Shown here: in pieces, positions 1 through 13,100 of the stretch
Layout of the letters: the number at the start of each line of letters is the position of its first letter
Numbering within the stretch: position 1 is the first letter of the stretch
DNA from: Chrysomallon squamiferum
Lineage: Eukaryota; Animalia; Mollusca
Assembly: GCA_012295275.1 (NCBI GenBank)
Contig: CM022673.1
Coordinates: 25,172,001 to 25,236,000 of the forward strand
Direction: 5' to 3'
Length of the DNA stretch: 64,000 nt
Translations under genes and position numbers: made by a program
The notes under the pieces: model-generated
The model's input: the letters and a program-made list of their open reading frames with translations, nothing else
What the model was told of the DNA's origin: nothing
Database searches by the model: none

Positions 1-246
1 AAAATGGTTATCATTTTGTAGATAACTATTCTCTTCTGTCATTCCAAAGTGTTCATCGAGTTTTTGAAAATGTTTTCGTTGTGAATTGAATTCATAGGAA
101 TCCAAACAGCCTTTTCCCAAGTTAAATATCTTCTGAGCAGTAGGTGTCAGCTTATCCAGATCTCCAAGAAGATATTTACAGTCTCGAGAACTGGGAGAAT
201 GCTGTGTTCTGTCATATGTTGACTCCATGCTTATACTGCCCCCCAT
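1..246 (-). CDS. First coding exon of an unidentified gene running off the left window edge
   Basis: Polypyrimidine tract and AG acceptor at 255-254, ATG at 246, then a frame open for 82 codons to position 1: MGGSISMESTYDRTQHSPSSRDCKYLLGDLDKLTPTAQKIFNLGKGCLDSYEFNSQRKHFQKLDEHFGMTEENSYLQNDNHF. Family not recognised. Confidence 0.65.
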   Translation of the reverse strand, partial: MGGSISMESTYDRTQHSPSSRDCKYLLGDLDKLTPTAQKIFNLGKGCLDSYEFNSQRKHFQKLDEHFGMTEENSYLQNDNHF

Positions 247-1719
247 TGCAAACCTAAAAATTAAAAGAAAAAGTAAAAAAAAAAAAAAAAAAAAAATACT
301 TGTTGTCCTTTAGTATTTTTTAGGTATTATTTGCAATCAGCTAATAAAAAAAAAAAAAAAATGGTTTAACGTATAAAATATCTATATTATTTAAGAAGTG
401 TATCTGAATTCCATCTTTAACTGTATAATATAATTATACATATTTATTATTTGATACTTTCCAGAACTGGTTATGTATGACAACTAAAGCCTCTAATCCC
501 CTGACAGTGACACTGTTACAGCATCTGGATAACAAATAACGAAAAACGTTGATATTGTGACCGCAGATTTTCAAAATTTAAACTTTGGTTAGTGCAGTCG
601 TATTTAAATTGCTTGACATATAAAGACAACCTATACCCATGGAATATCAGTATCATTAACTATTCATGTATATTATAATTATTTATATATACACTGCATT
701 TCAGCAAACCTATAGTATTTTAACTATTTATAATTTAATGTTTTATCGCATTACTTTAAGTATTTTAAATTTTACTACAAAATTAACTATGAAAATGTTG
801 TTGTTTGGTAGTAATTAATAAAATATAATAATTCTACAAACTGTGCGTAATTTTGTAACGTGAAAAATAGTAACTTCATGATACGTACACACAACACTGT
901 TTAGCTCATGATAACGTTTATGTTGATGATCTACTACCTGTCAAAGATTACTCAGACAACTAGCTTTCCATTTCCGTAAAGGGAAGTAATTTCAATTGAG
1001 AGAACTGTGCTTTGATTTTCGTAACAAATATTAAATATTGGTGTACACTTTATGTTTGGTTAGATACAAGATGGTGCCACTTTTAAATTAATATTGTAAG
1101 AATTAATGGAAAGATATCTGGAGATCTGACCCCCAGCCTTTCTACTCTCCATTTGCAAACATTGTAGAATATTAGAATATCTCTTCCTCCTTTGTTTATT
1201 TATTGCTATTTAAAATGCACAATTCACAAATTGATTATCAAATGTAATTTGTAAATTATCAAAATCTGAAAATGTATACGGTATAGGCTAACCTTTTTTT
1301 TTTCAGCTCAAATTAAATGCTAAGTGACTTTAAAATTCTAGTAAATAAACAGTTCGGTTTATTTAAATTGTATTTGTCGTAAAATAAAGTTTTTTCAGTT
1401 GTGTAATAATAATAATTTTATTTAAAGATATTTAAAATTAAATGGTCATCTGATAAAATAAATATTGATTTTAATTCATTATTGTTATAAAAGTTATTAG
1501 TAACATCATTACTTACATCTTTGCAAACAATATTATTCAGTATTATAACTCATTTCAGAAAAAATTATGTCAAAATGTTACTTCCTTTGATTCATAAAAA
1601 TTACATAACGTTCAGTAATATCAAATAGGTGTAAATCTGTTAAAAACATTTAAAAATTATTAATATAATTATAATAACTATTTTTAAAATTTTAATTTTA
1701 ATTTTTTTTTTTTTTTTTT

Positions 1720-1771
<52 letters not shown>

Positions 1772-1871
1772 TTAGGTAAACATAGTAAAGCAATTCATGC
1801 AATGGTTTGGATATATTATCTAAATTTGCCTGACATCAGAACAGAGTTACAGGTTCTACTGCTTGGAAGCT

Positions 1872-3064
1872 ATGGCACAAATCAGAACATATGCACGACT
1901 CAAACCAACTCCTGAACCATATGAAGAATATGAAATTGTCAACAACCATCTAAGAATCCGAGTTCCAGAGGTGTACAGAGACTACAGTCCCTCCCCAGGC
2001 AAACTGAAGAGTAACATCTGTTATGACTTCAAATATGACAAAATCTTTAACACAGATAGCATTCAAGAGGACGTTTTTAATGCAGTGGCACATGATATTA
2101 TAGAAGGTCTGTGGTTCTTTTTGTTACATATTTTTTTAATTTAATAGAATTCATTTCTAAATAGTTATTGAAAACTACATCATCATTTCAAAGATCATAA
2201 AACCACATTCATATTTGATTTGTTGTTTTCATTTTACATGATGTTTCAAACCATAGTAAGACTGTATAAAACACTGTTACATATGGTGACTGTATTTTAC
2301 GTGATGTTTGATACCATAGTAAGACTGTATAAAACACTGTTACATATGGTGACAGTATTTCTAGTGTATAACACTGACTTCAGTGAAAACATATTTTATT
2401 TTTACCTAATCCACAGGCTTCTTGAATGGATACAATGGAACTATATTTGCATATGGACAGACTGGTACTGGCAAGACATACACAGTGGAAGGAAGTGCTA
2501 GGAAATACAGTGAAAGAGGACTTGCTCCTAGGTATATAATCATATCTTTGTTAAATTTATCCTGTTAGATAAAATCACCCTGTGAAAGCATAACCCTCAT
2601 ATCTACACTTCCAACACTTTTGACAAAAAATAACATCAGATATTGTGTGTAATTTGACTATGGTCACTGCACTGAAAGATTAGCTTTTCAAATATCATTT
2701 CTGATATGCATAAAACAGTGACTTCAAATCATACAACTGATGTAACTGAATTTCTTAAAAGTTAGCAGTCTCAGAGGTTCAAAATTTGATGAAACATGAT
2801 GGAACACCAGACATGTATGTTATTATAAAATATATATGTTTTGTTTATTAATCTTTTTAATTGTAATAATGCAACTGTTGACTGTATACTGATTTCAGAG
2901 CTCTGTCTATGATTTATGAAACACTTTCAAAAAGGCAAGATGAAGAAATAACAGCCCATATATCTTACATTGAAATTTATCAGGAAGTTGCTTATGACCT
3001 TCTGACCCCAGGAGCACGTACATTTTCTCCTGTGACTCCTTTTCAAAAGGTACATTTTCTTTTT

Positions 3065-3097
<33 letters not shown>

Positions 3098-4198
3098 CCA
3101 CTTAATTTTATTATTATTATTGTTGTTTTATTTTATTTAGCTTATATTCTGCTAAAAAGGTTTGCCTAAGTATGAAAGTCAATTCATTTTGTTTGTTTTC
3201 TAGTTATCAAGGCAAATATAGCACTTAGTAGACATAAAACTAACAGCTAAGCCACTATTTTTTTGCTACATATGTTTGAGTTATGCCAAATGGTTGAGGA
3301 TGTATAATTTGTCATATTATATTTGGTGCTGTGGTTTTTCATTTCTCAGACAGGCCATTGGCTGAGTAAAGTTAGTTTGATTTTAAAATTATTTTGACTT
3401 GTGTACAGATAGGTTATTTTTCTGATTTCAGGTAACTGTGATTGAAGGACCAGGTGGTACGTGCTTGATCCGTAACCTGTCCGTTCACCTGGCAGCCAGT
3501 GAGGATGTTGCACAAAGTCTTTTATTGCAAGGTCAGGCCAATCGAAAAGTCGCAGAAACACCAGTGAACCAAAGGTCATCAAGGTCACATGCTGTGTTGA
3601 CGATGTACCTGGCTGCCAAGCGTTCTGACTCTGATGTTATCATCAAGTAAATTTGTTTTTTTAAATTTCAAATTTAAATGACTCTGATATTATTATTAGG
3701 TAAACTGAATATTTTTTTTAAACTTTGTAATTTAAAACTGAATTTTTTAAATATATTACAGCAGTATGGTTCTTTCAATAGTTTCTAATTTCTAACCTTT
3801 TCTAGTTTCTTTCCATGTCATTCCAATCAGTTTCTGTCTTTTAAAAAAAGAAACAACATTTTCTGATCATTTAAATACCAAAAATGAAATATTGCTTTTA
3901 ATCTTTTAATATTCCTAGATTTAATACTTTATCATAATTCTTTCAACAAAGAAAACATTAGATTTTCTCACTCTCATATTTTCAGATTATTAGCATTTCA
4001 TTTTGAAAATCTGAAATTAAACTTTAAAACAATTTTTGTAATTAATTAGAAAACAATTATCATATAAAAAGATGCATTGTAAAATGTATGCTCCTGTTCT
4101 CAGTCTTCCTAATATATTGGTTGTTGTGTATCATTGATTTTTAAGTCTTAATTGAAGACTACAGATTAGACAATACATTAGAGCATCAAACATTATGC

Positions 4199-4236
<38 letters not shown>

Positions 4237-7200
4237 TATTAAAAATCATACAACTTACCTAACATCAAGTCCACATTAACATATAGTCAAAGTTAGGAAA
4301 ATAAAAAACACTTTATCTTATGCAGTGTTGTGAAATAAGAATGAGAATAAATAAATGCAGTGGCATATAAAGTTAATATATCTATCTGTCTGCAAGATAT
4401 TCTTAACCAAGGTAGACAGAAAAATAATAACTGTTTGGAAGTAACTTTCAAAGCAATAAATTAAGAAATTTGAGATAGATACCAAGACGTGGAGATCCCT
4501 TAAAAAAAAAAAAAAAAATTGTTTTTATTATCTTTTTAGATATATATATATTTGTTGAGTTGATTTGGTGGATATGTAATACCTTTTTTAGTTTTTTTGT
4601 TTTTTGTTGTTTTTAATGTCTTAAATGACAATATATATTTATTTATTTTTCTACCTTACTGTAGTACAATGTGTTTGTTAAGGAATTTTATTCCATATTT
4701 ATTAAAAACAGAGCACATACTACTGGTAACAAGAAGAAGTAAATACTACAGCAGTTAAAATGGCAAACAATATACACACAATTTCCTTTTACCATAGACA
4801 TACATTACATTAATACTTTTGCCAGTTAATAAAACTGTGTGTACGTAATAATCTTTATGATGTGCAGTTGAAAATATAAATGTCTACTAAAATATATTTA
4901 TGTTTGGCTTTTATCATTGTGGTGAATTACACATACCAGATTTACTCATATTGAAAAAACACAAAGAGTTTGTTGTCTGGTAAACAAACTGTTGATTGTT
5001 TAAATTACTAAGCCACTAGAGCAACAAACACTTTATGGATTAACTATAAAAGCTGGGATTTAGCACCTCACTGGCTCATACAAGGGGATTTGAGTGGATA
5101 ATTAGGTCTACACAAAAATGGTTTACAAATTAGATATATGTAAGCATGTATGAAATGCTCTGCCTAACATGTAACCACGATCAAACACATTGTATGAATA
5201 TTAAACACTTTATTTTTCAGTGTTAATTTTTAATTCATTTATTATTTTTCTTTTAAAAAATTATTTTGTTTCATTCATGCTATAGATATTCTTTTTAATA
5301 ATTGAAAAATAAATCATTTCAAAAGTAAAACTAATTACCTAATTATTACCGGACAAGTAAAAACTTACTAAATTACTACGTCTAAACTGTTTGACATACA
5401 AGTTAAAAACAAAAATTTCTTCTTCTTACCATTAAACACCTTCTGATGTCAGTTTAGTGATAACAGTTACAACAGAGCAAATGTAAAAGTTTTGGTTCAA
5501 GTGGCAGAATTTTATTTGTTTTAGATTTAACTGGGATTTTGTTATTTGAATATTGGTCTTTCATCAAAAAGGTCAAAAATATTTGCTTTGATAAACAGAG
5601 CAACATTGGGGTTTTCTTATTTTTTTTTATTTTTTTTGTGTTATCCTTGAATTGTGCACAGTCTATAAGGCAGTACATGCCATGCATACAGATTATATTA
5701 GGTAAATGTTAATAGACTGGCTTACCATTACACATCATACTGTTGACTGATAACATAATGTATAGATCAGTAAGTGTTGTTATTTTTGTATTAATACTAG
5801 TAGTACTAGTAATATCATCATCATCATCATCATCATTAAATGTTTGTAAATTATTTTAAATACTGGAATAAAATTAATAATTTTTCATTTAATTTTGATT
5901 TAACAAAACATTATAATAATAGAAAACACATTTATCCTCAGAATGATTATTGCCAGAGTAAACATTTTGACATTTTATTCATAACATTCATTTTTTATTA
6001 TTATTATTATATTTTTTTTTTAACAAAACAAAGGATACACAACTTTTTATTTGTGATTTTAAATAATTTTCAGTTACTTGGTGGTGAAAGGATTTTTTTT
6101 TTTTTTTATATTCTGATTTTCATTCATGTTTTAATATATTTTTTGGTTAATAACTGAATGACTGATTTTTAAGACTGTTACATTGTTCATTTTATACATG
6201 TCTTAACTATACCATCTAAAATATAACATATGCTAGTGATTTCACGTTTTCTATGAAGTAACTTTAAGGACCATATCAGATTGTTGTGTTGGCATGGAAT
6301 GTTTCAAGTGCAACCAAATACCTATTAAAGTCTTTACATTAACAGTCTCTTAATAGTCTCCAAGTTAATCTTTTTATCAAGAAAACCTTTCATTTTTCTT
6401 ACATGTGAATTTCAAAATATTTTGGTGAGACTGGCTTTCAGGCTAAGCGAGTGGATTAACACAAAATGAACACTTTTATGCGACAGAAACAAATAAAAAT
6501 GAGTTAAGATAAGAATCATGAGGCATGAACTATGTGGTAAAGTCTACGGCTTTCTCTACGATTGTGAAAAGATTCCTTTCACGCAGCAGTTTGTCCTCAA
6601 CACCATTGTAAGCCTGTATTCAACCTGGCTATAATCCAGTGGTAAATTGTTCAGGGATATATAGCAGAGATGATTTTAAATTACATCCTTCTCCTGATCC
6701 TTTGTCAGGTGTGAATAGAACATTATCAGTCGCTGTTCAGCCAGAAACAAAGGTAGCATGGATCATTAGTTTCATTTTCTTGAGTGGATTAGCTGTTATT
6801 GGGGGGGAATAAGTTAAACAGCAGTTAGTCTGTTGTGTTGTTTTGTGTGCCTAACAGTTTCCACTGCAAGCCTCATGTAGTCTTCATAACAGATTGGTTT
6901 CATGTTAGTTACAGTCATCTGACTTCAGACATGTTTGTTTCTTCTCCAGATCCTGGCAATCAAACTAAAATATTTACATTATTTCATCATGTACTGTGAA
7001 AAGGGTTAATCATTGTTGCTGGTATTCTGCAAAGGCATATGTCATTTTAAGTGTGTTTTTAAAGCTTTTTTTAGTTTGTTATTATTAGTTGTAGTAGAGT
7101 ATTTTGCATATTTATTGCTAAATATTCTTTTTTATTTAAATCAATTTTTATCTGTACATAGAAAGGGAAATTATGAACCAATTTTCTAAAAAGAAAGAAG

Positions 7201-8964
7201 AAAGCAACAACATTAACAATAATAGTAATATTGAGATCATATCTGAATATTATCATTGTCTTTGTGAATGTAAAGCAGTTTTAATGTGTTCAGACTAACT
7301 GTTGTCTAAATTCTTTATACCTGTGCAGCATGTAGCTGAGTTTAAAGCTGACTTCTAGCTAATCTCTGTAAAGTTTATTTTGGAATTATAAGAAAAAAAT
7401 TAAAAATTAAATGTAGTTCTTAAATTTGTTAAGAGACAGTATTCAGTGAACTTGTTTATTATACAGAAAGATCTACAAAAACAATATTATATTTCTGCTT
7501 TTTCAAATCACTTTTCCCAGCTATTAAGAAAATGATATCATTTTAAAATTTAAATTTTTCTTCTGTTGTGTGGTTATATTTGAATGGTTATTTCTCTGAG
7601 AATCAGATTTCTGTAAACTGCCAAATATATTTTACAACTGGTCATGGTGACTTGCAATGAATGGCATATTCGTGTTTTTGTCAAGGTCTAAACTTCACCT
7701 GGTTGATTTGGCTGGTTCTGAGCGAGTTGCAAAGACAGGAGTGGATGGTCATCAACTGACCGAGGCAAAGTCCATCAACCTCTCTCTCCACCATCTCGAA
7801 ACTGTCATCATTTCTTTACAAACTGATTCCTTGGCAATCTCAAAACTTCAGCAAAAAACGTCTCAATCTGCCAAAAGGTACGTAAATGTTTTTTCATTGC
7901 ATGTAACTTTTCATTATTTAATTGTACTGGTGTGCCAAATAAGAAGAATAGATGATTGGAATTTAGAAAAATCAATACAAAAATAAATAAATAAATAAAT
8001 AAATATTTCTATCTTAATAATACGGTTACTGTTGTTTGTTATAATATTTTTGTTTTCTTTTCTTTTGTCTGTTGTTGTTGTTTCTTTCTTTGACAGAAGA
8101 AATATAAGTATTCAGGACTTGTTGAAAAAACAAGGGATAAATGTCTTTGTTTAAGTTTTTCATATTCATCAAAGTTTAAAAAAATATGTGCTTTTATTTA
8201 TTTTCAGTAATAAGAAACACAGGTATGCAGGGTTCGTTATAAAATCAGTACTGTTCAAACAAGATACTTTCAGTAAACAATTTCAAATGTCAATATATTT
8301 TAAGAATATCTAATATCTCAGCTTTTCCAAGAGAAAATTTTAACTGCATTTAAAAAGTCACCATTTATATAAACTGACAGACTGTCATTTGCCATAATTA
8401 TTTACTTTATAAGTTACTTTTTCGTTTAACAAGAATGTTACCAGTGTGATATCATATGTTTTGCTTAATGACCTGGTATGAGTATTGCTTCATATTTAAC
8501 AATAACACAAAAATATTGTTTTGTTTTTATAATTTGAATGCAACTTGAATAATGGAAGTATTGTGATGTCTTCTGCTACCGTTTTAATAATAAATAAAAT
8601 TGTTAAAAAGAAGAAGCTGATAAATGTGTAAATATTAATTACTTAATATATATATATATATATATATAAGTGATGTAACAATAATTAAATTATCGTTTTC
8701 TTTTCTTTCAAATTTTTATTTATTTATTACTATTTGTTTTCCATCATATTAATTTTTTTTTTATTCATCATTTTTTTTAATTTTTACTTATTTTTAGGAA
8801 TAGATGTAATTTTACCAATGTTTATAAATTATTATAATTATTTTCTTATTATCATTTTTTTAATTTTTATTATTATTATTATTATTATTTTTTTTTTTTT
8901 GGCATTCTTATTGTTATATTCCATTTGTGTGTGTATATGTGCCTATACTTGTGCATGATGTGTG

Positions 8965-9006
<42 letters not shown>

Positions 9007-9508
9007 ATGTTTGAGAGAATTAACAGATTGAGGTTTTTGCGGCAAAGATGTGGAATAAGCTATGATATCACTACTATAATGTTATTAATACATTTCAAAT
9101 AAATGTTTGTCTTAGCGGTTGTCATTCTGAAACTGTTCTTAAGGCAAGCATATTCAGCTATTTTCAGTTACACTACACTAACAAAAGTTTACTTTGTACC
9201 TGCTACAGCCTTCTTGAGTTTCAAATTTTTGTCATTTACATTACGTTTTCATAAATAACACAGTTTGGAGACTACTCTTTGTAAAATACATAGTATTTAT
9301 TTACTGTGTAGATTAACAAGAATTTACTTATGGAATGTCAAAATGCTACACAACAATTTGGCGACAGTGTTAATTTTGTTAACAAAAATCCCCACAATTA
9401 AAAAAGCCAACAACAGTAAATTTAAAATAATGAATAACAGTAGGAACCACTTGTTTTCGAAAACAACCCCAAAAAAAAAAAAAAAAAATACAAAACAAAA
9501 AACCTCAC

Positions 9509-9546
<38 letters not shown>

Positions 9547-10084
9547 GGCACCACTTGTTTTCAAAAAAACCAAAACAATACAAAACAAAAAATCTCATAA
9601 TTAGAAAAAGCCAACTACAGTAAATTTAAAATAATGAATATCAGTAGGCACCACTTGTTTTCAAAAAACCCCAAAACAATACAAAACAAAAAATCTCATA
9701 ATTAGAAAAAGCCAACAACAGTAAATTTAAAATAATGAATATCAGTAGGCACCACTTGTTTTCAAAAAAACCCAAAACAATACAAAACAAAAAATCTCAT
9801 AATTAGAAAAAGCCAACAACAGTAAATTTAAAATAATGAATAACAGCAGGCACCACTTGGCTTGTAGACATAAACAATAAAAAGTAGCCTGTGTTAATCA
9901 CATAACAAAGAAATACATTATCAAGAGGCTGTCGACAAAACTGTAAAATGATACAGGTGAGATTGTTTTTTTTAGCAAAACACCCCTCAGGAGTGTATTT
10001 AGTCGTTTGGATCAAAAAACAGATATTTATACATTGTTATGTAATGTAAATATTTCCATTAAAAAAAAAGCCAACCTACTCTGA

Positions 10085-10118
<34 letters not shown>

Positions 10119-13100
10119 AATATATATATATAAATTAAATTAAATTAAATAAATAAAAAAAAAAATAATAAAAATAACAAATAAAATTTATGACATTTCT
10201 GTGTGGTTTTCACATTTCTGTAAGTATTATTTTCTTCAGCTGTAATTTTAAGCTTATGAGACAGAGAAAAATCTGAAAAAAAACAGAAAAAAAAAATTAA
10301 ACAAAATTTTTTTTTTTTTTTGGTGATCTTCAGTTTGAACTTGTCTCAGAGTCACCCATACACCAGTGATGGATTCCGTGCTACAAGACACATTCCATAT
10401 CGCAATTCACTGCTCACCATGGTGCTCAGAGACAGTTTGGGTGAGTTTAACCTTTATCATACATTTTATACAAGACATGATGATATTAGATTACATACGT
10501 TTTTTTATTGTTTAATGTGGATGTTGTTTATTCTGTTTGTTTTTTTTTAATTTAAAATTCTCTATGCATTTTTATGCAGAAAATTGAAGCCTTTTTGGTT
10601 TATTAATGCAAAAATCATGATAAATCTTTTTCTAGTAATACGAATTATGTAGATAAGTGAACTGAATATTTTTTCTTTTTATTACATTACACATTTTCTT
10701 TCAAAAATCTTAAAGAAACGATCAAGAATAATTATAGAACTTTGCTTTAAAATGCTTATCAAATTTTGTGGCTATTTATTTATTTTTAAAAATCTTTTAA
10801 GAATTATTATGAAAAAAAAGTTCAAGAAGTAATTAAATAACAATTCTCTAAAAAACAAAACAATCCATAGAATAATATATTTATTACACAGTGTGTTTTG
10901 TAAACTCTACAACCAGTATTTTTCTAGCAGTTTTAACAAGATGGAAGAAAGGTTTCAGATGGTGTAAACTTAATAATATGCAACATACAGTTTGATATTC
11001 AAATCATTGTTCCAACAAGCTTATATTTCCCATGATTTGACAATACTGAAATTTCTGTTAATTTGGATCAGAAGTGAATTTCGTTTTTGAAGTACAGAAA
11101 TCATTCATGATTTCATATCGTTAAAATAAACTGATTACAGTGCATATACATTTTTGTTATTCTTTTCTTTCAGGAGGTAACTGCCAGACTGCAATGATAG
11201 CAACACTTTCTCTGGAGTGGAGAAACATCGGCGAGACTTTATCAACGTGTCGATTTGCTCAGCGAGCTGCCTGCATTGCGAACTACGCTATGTAAGTTAA
11301 CAGTTTTAAATTTTCCACATCCGTCTGATAGTCACAGACAAAATCATCAACAGTTAACACTACTTTTGTGAAGAAATTCTGAGCGTATACATATATATAC
11401 TTATCTCTTAATCTTCTTTGTTAGAAAAGATAATATGGTTATTTTTAGCTAACACTGATGTGTTTTATGCATTTTTTTTGTCATAATTCTTTTGTTCTCT
11501 GTTACGTTTAATATGCTAATTTTTTTACTGATTTAGTCGTAATGAAGAAATAGATGATCAGACATTAATCCGACAACTGAAAAGACGCATAGCAGATTTA
11601 GAAGCAGAAATAGCCTGTCTCCAGTCACAGGTAAGTGAAGAACTTATCACTAAAACTTCAGTTTGGAACTGTCTTGTACAAACAGATCATACAAAACAGT
11701 GTTGAACTTAAAAGCTGAAGGTACTACTCCCTTCCTTGATTGACAATATACAAAATCTTTATTAGTATATTTTTAATAACGTTACTCTCCATAATACCCT
11801 AAAGAGTCAAATAATATAATTATATCTCAATTACCATTTACCTACTTTTTTACTGAAATGGCTTTTACATACAAAAATATATACATTACAAAATAAACAG
11901 ACATTTTAAACAGATAACACAGCAAGTAAACAGAATGTTTACAACCATATATAAATATTTGGTTCATTTCAGTACCTTAAAAGAGTGAATAAAGTGACAA
12001 ATATGCCAACTACCAATATAGTTTAACATTGTTACTTTTTAAATTTCTATCATGTTTGTTATATTCAGAATAAAAATAATTTTCACGTTTTTTTTGGTTC
12101 TCATAATGTTTTTCAATAACAAAATCCAGGTTTATGCATCATTGATAAACCTTATGGGATAATTAGATATCTAAACAAACAAACAAACAAACAAACAAAC
12201 AAACAGACAAACACCAACATTAATAATAAACAAAAAGTTTTCAAAATGTTTCCTAAGTTAGAAGAAAAATAAAATGTTGTTGTTTCGATTTTAACGTAAC
12301 CCTCTGTTAAAATGCAGGAAGACGACAGTGAGCCAGGAATGGCAGGTAAACTAACAGACGAAGACAAACTGTTCTGTTCCAGGGTTGTTCACGAGTACCT
12401 GGGTGGCCGCCTCTCAGACCCTATCACAGCAGGTTAGTTTAGTTTTGAACAGGAGAGCTACTTCATATAGGTACCAAGTCATACTATCAGTTAGTTACAC
12501 TCTTCTGAAATAACAAATCTGTTCAGTTTCTCTTTAGTTTTATTATTATTATTAATGATACCCATCTATGTGAAGACACTGATCATGTTAATGATTTCTC
12601 ACATTAATTGTCACCAATGACTTGACAAGGTTGGATACAGTTAATATCAGTGTTCAACCTTTAATTCTGTTCATCTCAGTAACTATTTAAATATTTTATG
12701 AACAGGCTTGTGGATGACTCATGTGGTTCTTGGGGGTGACCTGGTGCTGGTGGTTACTGATGTTGGTGATCCCTGATTTAAACCATTTAAACACAAACCA
12801 ACAGATAAACAGTCTCTTAATTTACAAAAGAAATAATATCCTTTTATTTCCTGAAATTTTTCATTAGTAAAAAGATTTGACAGTAAGGAAAACATGTTTG
12901 AAATTTAACCAAATTTATTGTTTGTAAAATGTGTTTTTTAGGAATCACTACTCCTTACAAGTTTCGCGAGTGTTTTAAGGTGCTGAAGCAGATGGTGATG
13001 AAAGGCTACTTCAACCCACAGACTTCACCACAGAACAAACACGTGTCCAGCAATCAGTCAAAAATAACACAAGTTTTAAAACTGGAAGATTCAGGGTTTG

